Below, one piece after another: positions 1-8,862 of a stretch of 64,000 nt of DNA. Below the pieces are notes generated by a model. It saw only the letters and a program-made list of their open reading frames with translations, was not told the origin of the DNA and ran no database searches. The translations under genes and the position numbers were made by a program. Source of the stretch: Candidatus Parvarchaeota archaeon (GTDB lineage Archaea; Nanobdellota; Nanobdellia; WJKC01). The number at the start of each line of letters is the position of its first letter. The first letter of the stretch is position 1. The stretch is taken from the NCBI GenBank assembly GCA_030615175.1, contig JAUWZX010000001.1, positions 460,044-524,043 on the forward strand. The letters are read 5' to 3'.

Positions 1-276
1 CTTCTTGGGAGTTCTAGCCTTCTTCCTGCCCTTCCGAGTCCCGTAACCTTTTCTCCTGCCTTTCTTTCTCTGCTCATGCCTCTTCTTTGCTCTTGACCTG
101 CTAACACCTTTCTTCTTCTTAGCAGTGATTGTTCCTTTCTTAATCAAGTCTTTAACGTCGCTGCGCGTGATTGCCTCACTAATCTCTGTAAGTTTATCCT
201 CCTTGAAAGCAATCCTGTTCTTACCTGTCTTTAATAATTTGCTTGCAAGCCTCTTCTGCAGTTTATAAGTCTTCAT
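1..276 (-). CDS. rpl19e: ribosomal protein eL19 (5' part; runs off the window edge)
   Basis: Reverse translation from ATG at 276 gives MKTYKLQKRLASKLLKTGKNRIAFKEDKL..., a typical eL19 N-terminus. ATGA overlap with the stop of the upstream ORF. Expected operon position after eL32. Confidence 0.85.
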   Translation of the reverse strand, partial: MKTYKLQKRLASKLLKTGKNRIAFKEDKLTEISEAITRSDVKDLIKKGTITAKKKKGVSRSRAKKRHEQRKKGRRKGYGTRKGRKKARTPKK

Positions 277-899
277 TCTTTCTCCTCCTCTGGCATGTCA
301 TGTAGTGCGTTTACTCCAGGCAAGAAACTCATGTTCTTTCTTGAAGCCCAGTAGTCAGCTTCTCTTACAGCAAGTTCAATTCTTGAAGGATAAGATGCTC
401 TTTGATATTCTTCAAGATTAACTTTCATTTCTTTATCAGTATAATTCCTATCCTCAAAAGGGGATATTATATAACACCAGGGGAACATATGATAACGGAC
501 CCCATTCTTAATTGTTTCCTTAATCCTTTTATCTAATTTGAATTGATCAAGCCAATTATAAGTTAAATACCCATGAGCGTAATCAGTATTCTTACCCCAT
601 TCAATGCCATTTTTGCAAACATCATGCAGGATAACGGCTGCAAGTGATGTGTCAGTTTCACTTTCAGAGAAAACAGCTCTTCTCGCGTACTGCTTGCATA
701 CACTAACTGCTTTGATAACATGCCTTAATAAGCCTCCCTCTCCCTGGTCTTCAGGAGGATGATACTTGCCGCTTGAACTTGAAGGAGCCTTCCAGAATTC
801 AGGGTTAGTATTATCCAGTACTGTTATTACAAACTTTTTAATCTTATCATCTTTAATCCCTTCAACTTCTTTAAACAAATAATCTTTACCGAAATTCAT
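273..899 (-). CDS. HD-domain metal-dependent phosphohydrolase, unknown specificity
   Basis: Motifs SSSGKYHP, GGLLRHV and ILHDV match the H...HD signature. Overlapping stop/start with both the eL32 and eL19 genes. Confidence 0.7.
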   Translation of the reverse strand: MNFGKDYLFKEVEGIKDDKIKKFVITVLDNTNPEFWKAPSSSSGKYHPPEDQGEGGLLRHVIKAVSVCKQYARRAVFSESETDTSLAAVILHDVCKNGIEWGKNTDYAHGYLTYNWLDQFKLDKRIKETIKNGVRYHMFPWCYIISPFEDRNYTDKEMKVNLEEYQRASYPSRIELAVREADYWASRKNMSFLPGVNALHDMPEEEKE

Positions 900-1423
900 T
901 TCTTACCCTCCTTCTTAACTGGCTTCTTTTCTGCAGTTTTTTTCTTAATCTTAACAATCTTCTTCTTTGCTTCTTCCTTCTTTGCCTTATCCTCAAGCCT
1001 TTTTTTATCCTTCTTCTTCCTCTTTAACTTTTCATTTAATTCCTTGTCACGCTTATCCTTTGACTTCTTGAAGGATTCTTTTAATTTATTAACTGCTTCC
1101 TGAGTTTTCTTATAATTCTTAACAATTAATTCATTCTTAATGCACGCGTTTAATAATTCAATCTTCTTCTTAGCTCCGATATTGGATTTAAGCATGATGA
1201 CAGTTCCTTTTTTTAAGCCGCTTAATTCCTTTATATTACTTACAAACAGTAATTCCTTGCCTCTTCTTTTTTTAGGGCTTCTGTAACTAATGTTTGGCAT
1301 TGCAGTCCTGCGCCCTTTCTTCTTCTTACGTTGCTTGCTGCCCCAGCCCCTAGGCTTTCTCCAGACTGGCTTAACCTTCTTCCTTGAACCAAGTCCCTGC
1401 CTCCTGAACTTTAATTTTTTCAT
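896..1423 (-). CDS. rpl32e: ribosomal protein eL32 with Lys/Glu-rich C-terminal extension
   Basis: N-terminal FRRQG...WRKPRGWGSKQR...ISYRSPKK core is eL32-like. Position between uL6 and eL19. About 60 aa of K/E-rich tail. Confidence 0.8.
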   Translation of the reverse strand: MKKLKFRRQGLGSRKKVKPVWRKPRGWGSKQRKKKKGRRTAMPNISYRSPKKRRGKELLFVSNIKELSGLKKGTVIMLKSNIGAKKKIELLNACIKNELIVKNYKKTQEAVNKLKESFKKSKDKRDKELNEKLKRKKKDKKRLEDKAKKEEAKKKIVKIKKKTAEKKPVKKEGKK

Positions 1424-1947
1424 GGCTTTTTAATTATCCAAATACCGTCTTGGAAAACCCTCCTGTCTTTTTTCTTAATTTGAGTCGTGCGCTCAAGATT
1501 AGCTGCTGTCTGACCAACAACTTCCTTGTCAAGACCTGTAATTGTTATAATATTGCCTTCAACCTTTAATTTAGCGCCATTAATTAACTTAGTTTTCCTA
1601 GGCTTCTTCTCGCCGATGAAGTTATCAATAATCACGTTATTACCCTCAACCTTAACGGTTATTGGGAAGTGACTGTAAGTAATTTTAAGCCGCGCTTCGT
1701 AGCCGTTAACCACTCCTTTAATCATGTTATTAATGTGCGAGGCGTAAGTGTTAATAATTCTTTTATACTTCCTTGAGTTAGAATCCTTAGCGCTCTTAAT
1801 AACTACGCTTTTAACTTCATCCAAGCTAACAGTGAATAATGGATTCTTAACAAGTCTTTTATTCTCACCTAAAGGACCTTTAATGAATAATATGTCATCC
1901 TCAATCCTTGCCTCAACGCCTTCAGGCAGTTTAATAACAGTAAGCAA
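1420..1947 (-). CDS. rpl6: ribosomal protein uL6
   Basis: Two-domain uL6-like sequence (IKLPEGVEARIEDDILFIKGPLGE...). Operon order S8-L6-L32e. Confidence 0.9.
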   Translation of the reverse strand: MLTVIKLPEGVEARIEDDILFIKGPLGENKRLVKNPLFTVSLDEVKSVVIKSAKDSNSRKYKRIINTYASHINNMIKGVVNGYEARLKITYSHFPITVKVEGNNVIIDNFIGEKKPRKTKLINGAKLKVEGNIITITGLDKEVVGQTAANLERTTQIKKKDRRVFQDGIWIIKKP

Positions 1948-2317
1948 TTAAAGTTCCTCCTAAATTCTTATTCTTTGCCTCTTCGTGAGTTATTAATCCT
2001 TTCTGAGTTGAAATAATTATTATTCCAAAACCAGCGGCTGGCAAGTACTGCTTCTCGTAATCCTCAATCTCCTCAACCTTGCATGGGAATCGCGGCCTTA
2101 TCGCGCCAATCTTATTAATCTTATTTAATAACTTAATCTTCAGGATTCCCCCTCTCCCGTCATCAATGGATTCGTACTCCCCGACATATCCTTTACCATT
2201 TAATAATTTTATTATTTTCTTTAATAATTTATTAATCCTCTTAATAACTGCTTCTTCCTTACTCAGTCTTTCAGCATTATTTATTATGCTTAACGCATCA
2301 CTAATTAATTCACCCAT
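1931..2317 (-). CDS. rps8: ribosomal protein uS8
   Basis: DALSIINNAERLSKEE... N-terminus and GGTLIAYCY C-terminus are typical of uS8. Confidence 0.9.
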   Translation of the reverse strand: MGELISDALSIINNAERLSKEEAVIKRINKLLKKIIKLLNGKGYVGEYESIDDGRGGILKIKLLNKINKIGAIRPRFPCKVEEIEDYEKQYLPAAGFGIIIISTQKGLITHEEAKNKNLGGTLIAYCY

Positions 2318-2323
2318 TAGTTA

Positions 2324-2554
2324 TCACCTGTATTTATTAAAACCTAACTCCTTAGCTTTGTCCCTGAAGCACTGCCTGCAGATATGCAGTCCGTAACGGC
2401 TGATGTGCCCTCCTCTCCTGCCGCAAATCTTGCACTTATTCTTGCCCTTGCCTGTTTTCCTAATCTTTGGCTTATTATGCTTCAAGTACTTCACTAGTTT
2501 AACTCTCTTATTTATTAACTGCTTTATTTTCTTCTTATATGATTTAGCAGTCAT
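2324..2554 (-). CDS. rps14: ribosomal protein uS14 (zinc-binding type)
   Basis: [35 protein letters not shown] matches the C-x2-C...C-x2-C uS14 core. Confidence 0.9.
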   Translation of the reverse strand: MTAKSYKKKIKQLINKRVKLVKYLKHNKPKIRKTGKGKNKCKICGRRGGHISRYGLHICRQCFRDKAKELGFNKYR

Positions 2555-3051
2555 TTAGCTTCAACCACCTTTGTCTTGAATTTTTTTTCAAAAAACTTTA
2601 TTGCTTCATCGGTTGTTATTCTTTGATGCTTTCCAATCACTGATTTTCTTATTCTGCGCTTAGCAACCCTTAATCCTGGTCGCTTAAGCAGTACTGCCAC
2701 GTCCATTCCAATAATCCCAATGTTTGGGTCATAATCCATTCCTGGAATGTAGATGTATTCTTCAACGCCGAAGCAGATGCTTCTGTTATTAAAACTTGAG
2801 CGTGACAGGGTGTTTTCAACAGCTTCTAATAACTTGGTTAATAATTTCTTAGCATCCTTTCTGACAGTGACTTTAACTCCTATTGGCAGTCCAGGCCTTA
2901 TCTTAAATGAAGGTATCTTCTTTTTTGCCTTAGTCACAACCGCCTTCCTGTTAGTTAACCGCTCTATTATTATTTTGGCTTTTTCCAAAGCCGCACCTGC
3001 CTCCCCGACCCCCATGTTTAAGCATACTTTTTCAATACTGATTTTCCTCAT
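2551..3051 (-). CDS. rpl5: ribosomal protein uL5
   Basis: Sequence and position between eS4 and uS14. [16 protein letters not shown] motif. Confidence 0.9.
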   Translation of the reverse strand: MRKISIEKVCLNMGVGEAGAALEKAKIIIERLTNRKAVVTKAKKKIPSFKIRPGLPIGVKVTVRKDAKKLLTKLLEAVENTLSRSSFNNRSICFGVEEYIYIPGMDYDPNIGIIGMDVAVLLKRPGLRVAKRRIRKSVIGKHQRITTDEAIKFFEKKFKTKVVEAK

Positions 3052-3749
3052 ATGGTCACCTTAATTTCTTTCCCGCCTAGAGGAAATGCGTAACTCTTAA
3101 TTGTTTCATATTCCTTATCCTTAATTTTTATCACGACTAAATCTTCGCGCGCTGCTTCTAACTCCCTTACTTCCTTTACCTTGGCTTTAACACCTATATG
3201 CTTGCCGCCAATTATGAATGCATTAACATTCTTCTCTAATGGCACGTAATTAATTACGTCCTGGCTTGGAATCTTAATTAAAAGACTTGAACCAGTTTTG
3301 TATTTCCTGCCTTCAATTTTCTTAACAATTATTGTCCTGCCGTCATGAGTCGTGATTTGAAATTCTTTTTTCTTCTTAATTTTCTTCTTAATCATTACAA
3401 GTTTTAATCCTGCTTCTTTACTCTTAATTTCTAATGGAATCATTCTTCCTTTAATGTCGTAAGTAATCCTGTAATACTTTTTAATCTTAGGGACTGATAT
3501 TACATCCATGAATCCTATTGGGAATCTATAATCCTTTCGAGCGACTCCGTCAACAAGCACTTCCTTCTTTTTAAGAATTTTCTTAACTTCTTTGGCATTT
3601 CTCGCAACATGAGTGAAATCCCTTATTAGTAATCCGAGAGGTATTGATTCCTTTCTCTTGTGAGGTCCAGGCCTTATTCTCGGCGTCCAAACCTTGTCCT
3701 TTCTTAGTATTGAATACGTTTTCGGTGCTGAAATCCTTTTCTGCATCAT
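3048..3749 (-). CDS. rps4e: ribosomal protein eS4
   Basis: SAPKTYSILRKDKVWTPRIRPGPHK... is a typical eS4 N-terminus. Archaea/eukaryote-specific protein. Confidence 0.9.
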   Translation of the reverse strand: MMQKRISAPKTYSILRKDKVWTPRIRPGPHKRKESIPLGLLIRDFTHVARNAKEVKKILKKKEVLVDGVARKDYRFPIGFMDVISVPKIKKYYRITYDIKGRMIPLEIKSKEAGLKLVMIKKKIKKKKEFQITTHDGRTIIVKKIEGRKYKTGSSLLIKIPSQDVINYVPLEKNVNAFIIGGKHIGVKAKVKEVRELEAAREDLVVIKIKDKEYETIKSYAFPLGGKEIKVTI

Positions 3750-4102
3750 TTTTTCTTCACCCTTTTCAACCTCTTAGGGTCTTCTAAGTTAAGTTTATTA
3801 ATCATTAAATTTGATGAATGTAGCGGGACTTTAACTTTTGTCCCGTCCTTTTTCTCAAAAGACACATTATCCACGAATACCTTGTACTTCTTCCTTTGCA
3901 CCATGCTAACCTTGCCTTCCTTGCCTTTATAAGAGCCCTTCATCACTAATACCTCATCACCCTTCCTGATAGGCATGCTTCTCCTGCCATATTTCTCTCT
4001 TAATGAAGTGCTTAAGTGACTGCTCATTATTCTGCGCCTAACGTGCAGTGGAGCGTTGTAAACACGCTTCCGTTGCTTTCCTCTCTTAGCGCTTAACTTC
4101 AT
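3746..4102 (-). CDS. rpl24: ribosomal protein uL24
   Basis: KOW motif IRKGDEVLVMKGSYKGKEGKV. Start moved to the ATG at 4102 (MKLSAKRGK...), which forms an ATGA overlap with the uL14 stop. Confidence 0.85.
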   Translation of the reverse strand: MKLSAKRGKQRKRVYNAPLHVRRRIMSSHLSTSLREKYGRRSMPIRKGDEVLVMKGSYKGKEGKVSMVQRKKYKVFVDNVSFEKKDGTKVKVPLHSSNLMINKLNLEDPKRLKRVKKK

Positions 4103-4500
4103 ATTACCACTCTCGCAATCTTTCCAACCTTCTTCCACCTGTCAACTACTTCCTTGGCAACAGGTCCTTTGATTGCAGTGCCTTTAGGGTCTCCTTCATC
4201 ACTTTTTAATAATATTGCGCAGTTCTCATCAAACTTAACTCTTGTCCCGTCAGGCCTCCTGTAACTCCCTTTTTGCTGAACTATTAATGCCTTGACGAGT
4301 TTATGTTTTAATTCAGGATTCCCAACCTTTACTGTTGCAGTAATCATGTCGCCAACCCCTCCACGGGAGTATCTGTTCTTAACTCCTTTATAACCTTTAA
4401 CGCTGATTAATTCAATAATTTTAGCTCCAGAATTATCAATTACTTTAAGACGCGAGCCTACCTGCAGTCTCCTAGTTATTGTAGAGCCAGTATCCTTCAT
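4099..4500 (-). CDS. rpl14: ribosomal protein uL14
   Basis: LQVGSRLKVIDNSGAKIIELISV... is a typical uL14 sequence. Confidence 0.9.
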   Translation of the reverse strand: MKDTGSTITRRLQVGSRLKVIDNSGAKIIELISVKGYKGVKNRYSRGGVGDMITATVKVGNPELKHKLVKALIVQQKGSYRRPDGTRVKFDENCAILLKSDEGDPKGTAIKGPVAKEVVDRWKKVGKIARVVI

Positions 4501-4832
4501 TTCTCCTTCACCTTTAGTATTACAAATTTCTTAGTCTTGCTTAAAGGCCTGCACTCCATTATCACTACTTCATTACCTGTTTTGGCGTTAATGCATTCAG
4601 GGTTATGAGCCTTAACTCTGCTCCTCTTCTTCATATACCGCTTGTATTTCTTAAGCCTTACAATCCTAGGCCATTCAACAGTGGTTGTCTTAGCCATTCT
4701 ATCACTGATTACTCTGCCAGTGAATATTCTGCCGCGCACGCTTAACTTGCCATGCCAAGGGCACTTGCTGTCACTGCACTTATTCTCCGGCGGTTCAATG
4801 CCTTTTATCCCAATACCTTTACTCTTTACCAT
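4497..4832 (-). CDS. rps17: ribosomal protein uS17
   Basis: CPWHGKLSVRGRIFTGRVISDRMAKT... is an archaeal uS17 sequence. Confidence 0.9.
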   Translation of the reverse strand: MVKSKGIGIKGIEPPENKCSDSKCPWHGKLSVRGRIFTGRVISDRMAKTTTVEWPRIVRLKKYKRYMKKRSRVKAHNPECINAKTGNEVVIMECRPLSKTKKFVILKVKEK

Positions 4833-5107
4833 CTCTTCACCAATTTTTTCCTTCGCTTAATTCTTTTCTCAGGCCTGCCAATTAATGCTTCTCCAGGCAC
4901 TTTTACTTCTCCTTCTTTTGTCTTAATCAATAGTGTTATATTCTTTTTTAATATTTTCCTTAAGCCGTTTATTGTATCAATGCTTAGCGTGTTCCTTGTT
5001 TCATCCACTACCCTGCCTTTAATTCCTTTTAAGGTTTCATTCCTTGCTTCTATAATATTTACTTTTAATCCAATGATTTCATGTCTTACCTGTTTTTTTA
5101 ATTTCAC
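4826..5107 (-). CDS. rnp1: RNase P protein component 1 (Rpp29/Pop4)
   Basis: HEIIGLKVNIIEARNETLKGIKGRVVDETRNTL is the Rpp29 Sm-like core. Conserved archaeal position before uS17. Confidence 0.8.
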   Translation of the reverse strand: MKLKKQVRHEIIGLKVNIIEARNETLKGIKGRVVDETRNTLSIDTINGLRKILKKNITLLIKTKEGEVKVPGEALIGRPEKRIKRRKKLVKRW

Positions 5108-5423
5108 TTAAATTATCTCCTTCAATCTTGAATCCTTTATGCCGTAAAAATTTTTTAACGCTTTTCCTATGGTTTCCTTGGAGTTCAATCCAGTTATTTT
5201 CCCTGTCATAAACTCCTCCGCAAGCAAGTTTTTTCTTAAGGTATTTAATTAATTTCTTTAACTCATTTGATTCCAATTCATTCCAGTCAAGTCCCCTAAT
5301 TATTGTTACTGGCTTACCCCATTTCCTTGAAGTCACTATAATGCTTAATTTCTGTGATTCCTTTACTATTTCTTCACAAGTGCATATTTCTTTTGGCAAC
5401 CCGCATTTTGGGCAAACTGTCAT
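5079..5423 (-). CDS. sui1: translation initiation factor aSUI1 (eIF1 homolog)
   Basis: N-terminal Zn knuckle CPKCGLPKEICTC plus SUI1 core LKKKLACGGVY...IELQGNHR. Confidence 0.85.
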   Translation of the reverse strand: MTVCPKCGLPKEICTCEEIVKESQKLSIIVTSRKWGKPVTIIRGLDWNELESNELKKLIKYLKKKLACGGVYDRENNWIELQGNHRKSVKKFLRHKGFKIEGDNLSEIKKTGKT

Positions 5424-5429
5424 TTTTTT

Positions 5430-5639
5430 TTACTTCATACCTCTCTCTTTTTTTATTGTATTAATCCTGGCAATTGTTTTCTTAATCTCTTTTATCCTGC
5501 CAGGATTCTCTGGATTAACCTTCGAGGCTGACTGTGCTTTAGCCTTCATTAATTCCTTCATTAATTCTTCACTCTTCTTTTTTAATTCTTTTCTGTTTAA
5601 CTCTCTTATTTCCTTCTTCTTTAGTATCGCCATGAGCAC
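5430..5639 (-). CDS. rpl29: ribosomal protein uL29
   Basis: LKKKEIRELNRKELKKKSEELMKELMKAKAQ matches uL29. Overlaps the K/E-rich 3' end of the uS3 ORF by about 70 nt. Confidence 0.85.
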   Translation of the reverse strand: MLMAILKKKEIRELNRKELKKKSEELMKELMKAKAQSASKVNPENPGRIKEIKKTIARINTIKKERGMK

Positions 5640-6264
5640 TCACCTCCTCGCTTTGAACTTTTTCAGGTGTTTTTATAATATTAAACTGGTCAGGCGTCTT
5701 GACGTAAGGGCTTAGTATGTTTACTTTGACTCCTACGCTTCCCTGTTTCCATTGAATGTCTTTGAATCCTTTATCAACTAAATTATTAGCGACATGACCA
5801 TTTTTTGGAAGTCTTCCTTCCTTAAACCTCCATGTTTTATGCCTTTTGCCTGGAATTCTTCCTGATATGACGACTTCAGCTCCTACTGCTCCCGCTTTCA
5901 TAATCCTTCGCAGGGTGTTGTAACCAATCGCCTTGAACCTTGTTTTACCGAATCTCTTTATTTGGTACACGATTCTTTCAGCCATTATGTTAGCATCAAG
6001 TTCAGGTTCCCTGACTTCATTAACTTCTAATTGAGGGCTTTCAAGTTTGAACTTCTTTTTTAGGAGTCTTGTCATTTCAGCAATGTTTTTCCCTCCCTTG
6101 CCAACTATTATGCCAGGCTTGCTCGTGTTAATCTTGATTTTAAGCCCTAAAGGCGTTTTTTCAATTTCAGCGCTGCTGTAACCGGCATTAACAAATTTTT
6201 CTTTTAAGTAACTCTTAATTTTATACTCTTTTACTTTATTCTCAATGAATTTCCTTTCAATCAT
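5569..6264 (-). CDS. rps3: ribosomal protein uS3
   Basis: KH domain (GIIVGKGGKNI) and uS3 C-terminal domain, with a charged C-terminal tail. Confidence 0.9.
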   Translation of the reverse strand: MIERKFIENKVKEYKIKSYLKEKFVNAGYSSAEIEKTPLGLKIKINTSKPGIIVGKGGKNIAEMTRLLKKKFKLESPQLEVNEVREPELDANIMAERIVYQIKRFGKTRFKAIGYNTLRRIMKAGAVGAEVVISGRIPGKRHKTWRFKEGRLPKNGHVANNLVDKGFKDIQWKQGSVGVKVNILSPYVKTPDQFNIIKTPEKVQSEEVSAHGDTKEEGNKRVKQKRIKKEE

Positions 6265-6728
6265 TTTTTCTTCACTTCTTTTGTAATCTTCTTTTTCTTT
6301 TCAGTCTCTTCTTTTTCCTTAACTTTTATCCTAATGCTTAATGATTTAGCACTCTTAATGAAAGGCCCTTTTCTTGCGCGGAGCCGCTTGTTCTTGCTTA
6401 TGTTCATCATTGTTATTGCCTCATGCACGTATAATTTCTCCTCTTGCAGTCCCTGATTAACAGCGTTATTTTTAGCATTAAATAGTAATTTGATTATGTG
6501 GTCACACGCCTTGATAGGATATCTTCCAGCACTCATTCCTCTTTTATGACCCATATCCTTCTTATATCTCTTGAATGGCACTGCCCGTTTGAAGTTCTTA
6601 ACTAATTCAAGCCTTTCAATTGCTTTGTCAAGATTCATTCCTTTAATCATATTTAACACTTCTCTTACATGCTTCCTGCTTATTGGAAGCCTGCTTCCTG
6701 CACCAACCGCAACATTATAATCCTTCAT
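6261..6728 (-). CDS. rpl22: ribosomal protein uL22
   Basis: uL22-like core (ISRKHVREVLNMIKGMNLDKAIERL) with a K/E-rich tail. Confidence 0.9.
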   Translation of the reverse strand: MKDYNVAVGAGSRLPISRKHVREVLNMIKGMNLDKAIERLELVKNFKRAVPFKRYKKDMGHKRGMSAGRYPIKACDHIIKLLFNAKNNAVNQGLQEEKLYVHEAITMMNISKNKRLRARKGPFIKSAKSLSIRIKVKEKEETEKKKKITKEVKKK

Positions 6729-7136
6729 TTATTTCACCGGCACGAACTTGCTTGACCTGCTTGCACCAACCCCTGGACTCGAGTGCTTAACCATCTTCCT
6801 AGTCATTGCATATTCACCTAATGCGTGTCCTATCATTGAATTCTTTATTAACACTTCATAGAATTCCTTTCCATTATGCACTTTAATCGTTAAGCCAACC
6901 ATTATTGGCAATATTATGAAACTCCTTCTATGAGTCTTAATGTCATTCTGCGGCTTGCCTGAGTCAACAGTCTTTCTTGCTTCTTTAATTCTCTTCACCA
7001 GTCTTGGATTATTCTTTAATAATCCTCTCTTAATAGCCCTTCTAGCCCTTGCCGGCATTAATTTAATTACTTCATCCAATGGCATCTTAATTAATTCCTC
7101 AATTTTTTTACCCCTGTAATTAAATTCTCTTACCAT
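6729..7136 (-). CDS. rps19: ribosomal protein uS19
   Basis: VHNGKEFYEVLIKNSMIGHALGEYAMTRK matches uS19. Confidence 0.9.
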   Translation of the reverse strand: MVREFNYRGKKIEELIKMPLDEVIKLMPARARRAIKRGLLKNNPRLVKRIKEARKTVDSGKPQNDIKTHRRSFIILPIMVGLTIKVHNGKEFYEVLIKNSMIGHALGEYAMTRKMVKHSSPGVGASRSSKFVPVK

Positions 7137-7143
7137 TACATTA

Positions 7144-7869
7144 TCACTTCTTTTTCCTTCTCCCTGTTCTTCTTGAAGCTATTGTTCCGACCTTTGCTCC
7201 TGGAGGAGCTCCCCTGCTAACAGTTCTTGACTTCCTGTTCCTGCCTCCTCCACCACCGTGAGGGTGCTCTACAGGATTCTTTGAAGTGGCTGAGACTATT
7301 GGCCATAACTTGCCTTTGGCTTTTTTCTTGTAATAATTCTTGCCTGCTTTTACTAATGGTTTTTCCCCATGCCCTCCGCCAGCAATAACACCTATTGTTG
7401 CCCGGCAATTATTATTAAATGTCTTGAACTTCTTTGATGGCAGTTTAATGACTGTTTTTTCATCACTTTTCTGCACAATCCTTGCACTGTTACCAGCAGT
7501 TCTTGCAATTGAGCCGCCGTCGCCTGGCGTTAATTCAATATTATTTATCGTTGTTCCTTCAGGTATTGATATTAATGGCAGGACGTTGCCTGGCTTGATG
7601 CTTGCAGTTGCTCCATATTCTGTTATATCTCCTTTCTTTATTCCAAGAGTTGCTGGCAGTGCAGTTATTTGATTTTGATGCTTGATTATCATTAATGGCG
7701 CGCTCCTTGCAGGGTCATGTAGCAATTCAATTACTTCTCCTTTAATCATTCCTTCTTTCTCTGCTGCCTCGTAAGTTTTGTATTCACATTTTGCCTTGTA
7801 GCGGTGGCTTTTAGCCCTGTAAGTAGTTGTTCCTTTTCCACGCCTCCTAGTTATCGTTCTCCTCGGCAT
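7144..7869 (-). CDS. rpl2: ribosomal protein uL2
   Basis: NPVEHPHGGGGGR and the rest of the uL2 core. Confidence 0.95.
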   Translation of the reverse strand: MPRRTITRRRGKGTTTYRAKSHRYKAKCEYKTYEAAEKEGMIKGEVIELLHDPARSAPLMIIKHQNQITALPATLGIKKGDITEYGATASIKPGNVLPLISIPEGTTINNIELTPGDGGSIARTAGNSARIVQKSDEKTVIKLPSKKFKTFNNNCRATIGVIAGGGHGEKPLVKAGKNYYKKKAKGKLWPIVSATSKNPVEHPHGGGGGRNRKSRTVSRGAPPGAKVGTIASRRTGRRKKK

Positions 7870-7870
7870 C

Positions 7871-8122
7871 TTATATCATTCCTAATTCAGTTCCAACGTC
7901 TAATGCATTGTTTGAAGTGCTTAATTTTATGTAAGCTTTCTTCTCATTCTTCGTTGTTATTAAAGTCCTTACTTTTAATACTTTCACGTTGAATAATTCT
8001 TCAACTGCTTTTTTAATTTTTATTTTATTTGATTTTTCATTAACTATTAGTGTCAGGGTATTCTCAGCTTCCATTAAGCGCACTGCTTTTTCACTCATTA
8101 CAGGCCTTATTATTACATCCAT
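7871..8122 (-). CDS. rpl23: ribosomal protein uL23
   Basis: Sequence and position between uL4 and uL2. Confidence 0.85.
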   Translation of the reverse strand: MDVIIRPVMSEKAVRLMEAENTLTLIVNEKSNKIKIKKAVEELFNVKVLKVRTLITTKNEKKAYIKLSTSNNALDVGTELGMI

Positions 8123-8862
8123 AATTTCTCTTCCCCTATTCTTTTTATTGCTCCAAGACTGAATACTGCTGTCCTGCCAGGACTTCCTCCTGGAGCTAAT
8201 AATTCAATGTTTAATTCCTTAATTATTGCAGCATTAACTCCTGGTATGTTATTACTTGCCTTTATGGCATCGCATTTGTCATTGAATACTAGTAATGGTC
8301 CTTTCTTGTACCTCTTAATTCTGCCGCGCATTTTGCCCTTGCCTGCCTTCCTGCGCACTACCTTCTCTAATTTCAATCCATTCTTATTTAATGCCTTTAT
8401 TAATTCCTTTGTCTGCTTTATTGATTCCATTTTATTCTCTATTATTACTGGCTTGCAAGCGCTTAAAGCACTTCTTATCGCCTTCCTTCGCTCCTTCTTA
8501 TTAATCTTCTCCTTAATCTTTTTCTCTGATTTCGGCGGGTGAGCAACCCTTCCCTTTACTGTGAACGGCGCCATTGCCCCTACTAGCATGAATCTCCTGC
8601 CCCTTGATGATAATGTTTTCCTTGGAGTCCTGCTCCTGCCTGCGCCGTAAACTGTTTTGTAAGCCCTTCTCCTCTTGCTTAAGTAAACAGCCCATCTATT
8701 GCCAGCTCCTTTCATTACTCCTTGAGGTTGAATCTTATGACTTCTTAATGCATTAAAAGCTCTTTTAATCAAGTCCTTTCTGACATCTTCATTGAATTGT
8801 TCTGGCAGTTTTATTGTCATTACTTCCTTGCCAGTTATTGAATTAACTTTCATTTCCTGCAT
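8113..8862 (-). CDS. rpl4: ribosomal protein uL4
   Basis: GAGRSRTPRKT...RGRRFMLVGAMAP is an archaeal uL4 core. Confidence 0.9.
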   Translation of the reverse strand: MQEMKVNSITGKEVMTIKLPEQFNEDVRKDLIKRAFNALRSHKIQPQGVMKGAGNRWAVYLSKRRRAYKTVYGAGRSRTPRKTLSSRGRRFMLVGAMAPFTVKGRVAHPPKSEKKIKEKINKKERRKAIRSALSACKPVIIENKMESIKQTKELIKALNKNGLKLEKVVRRKAGKGKMRGRIKRYKKGPLLVFNDKCDAIKASNNIPGVNAAIIKELNIELLAPGGSPGRTAVFSLGAIKRIGEEKLWM

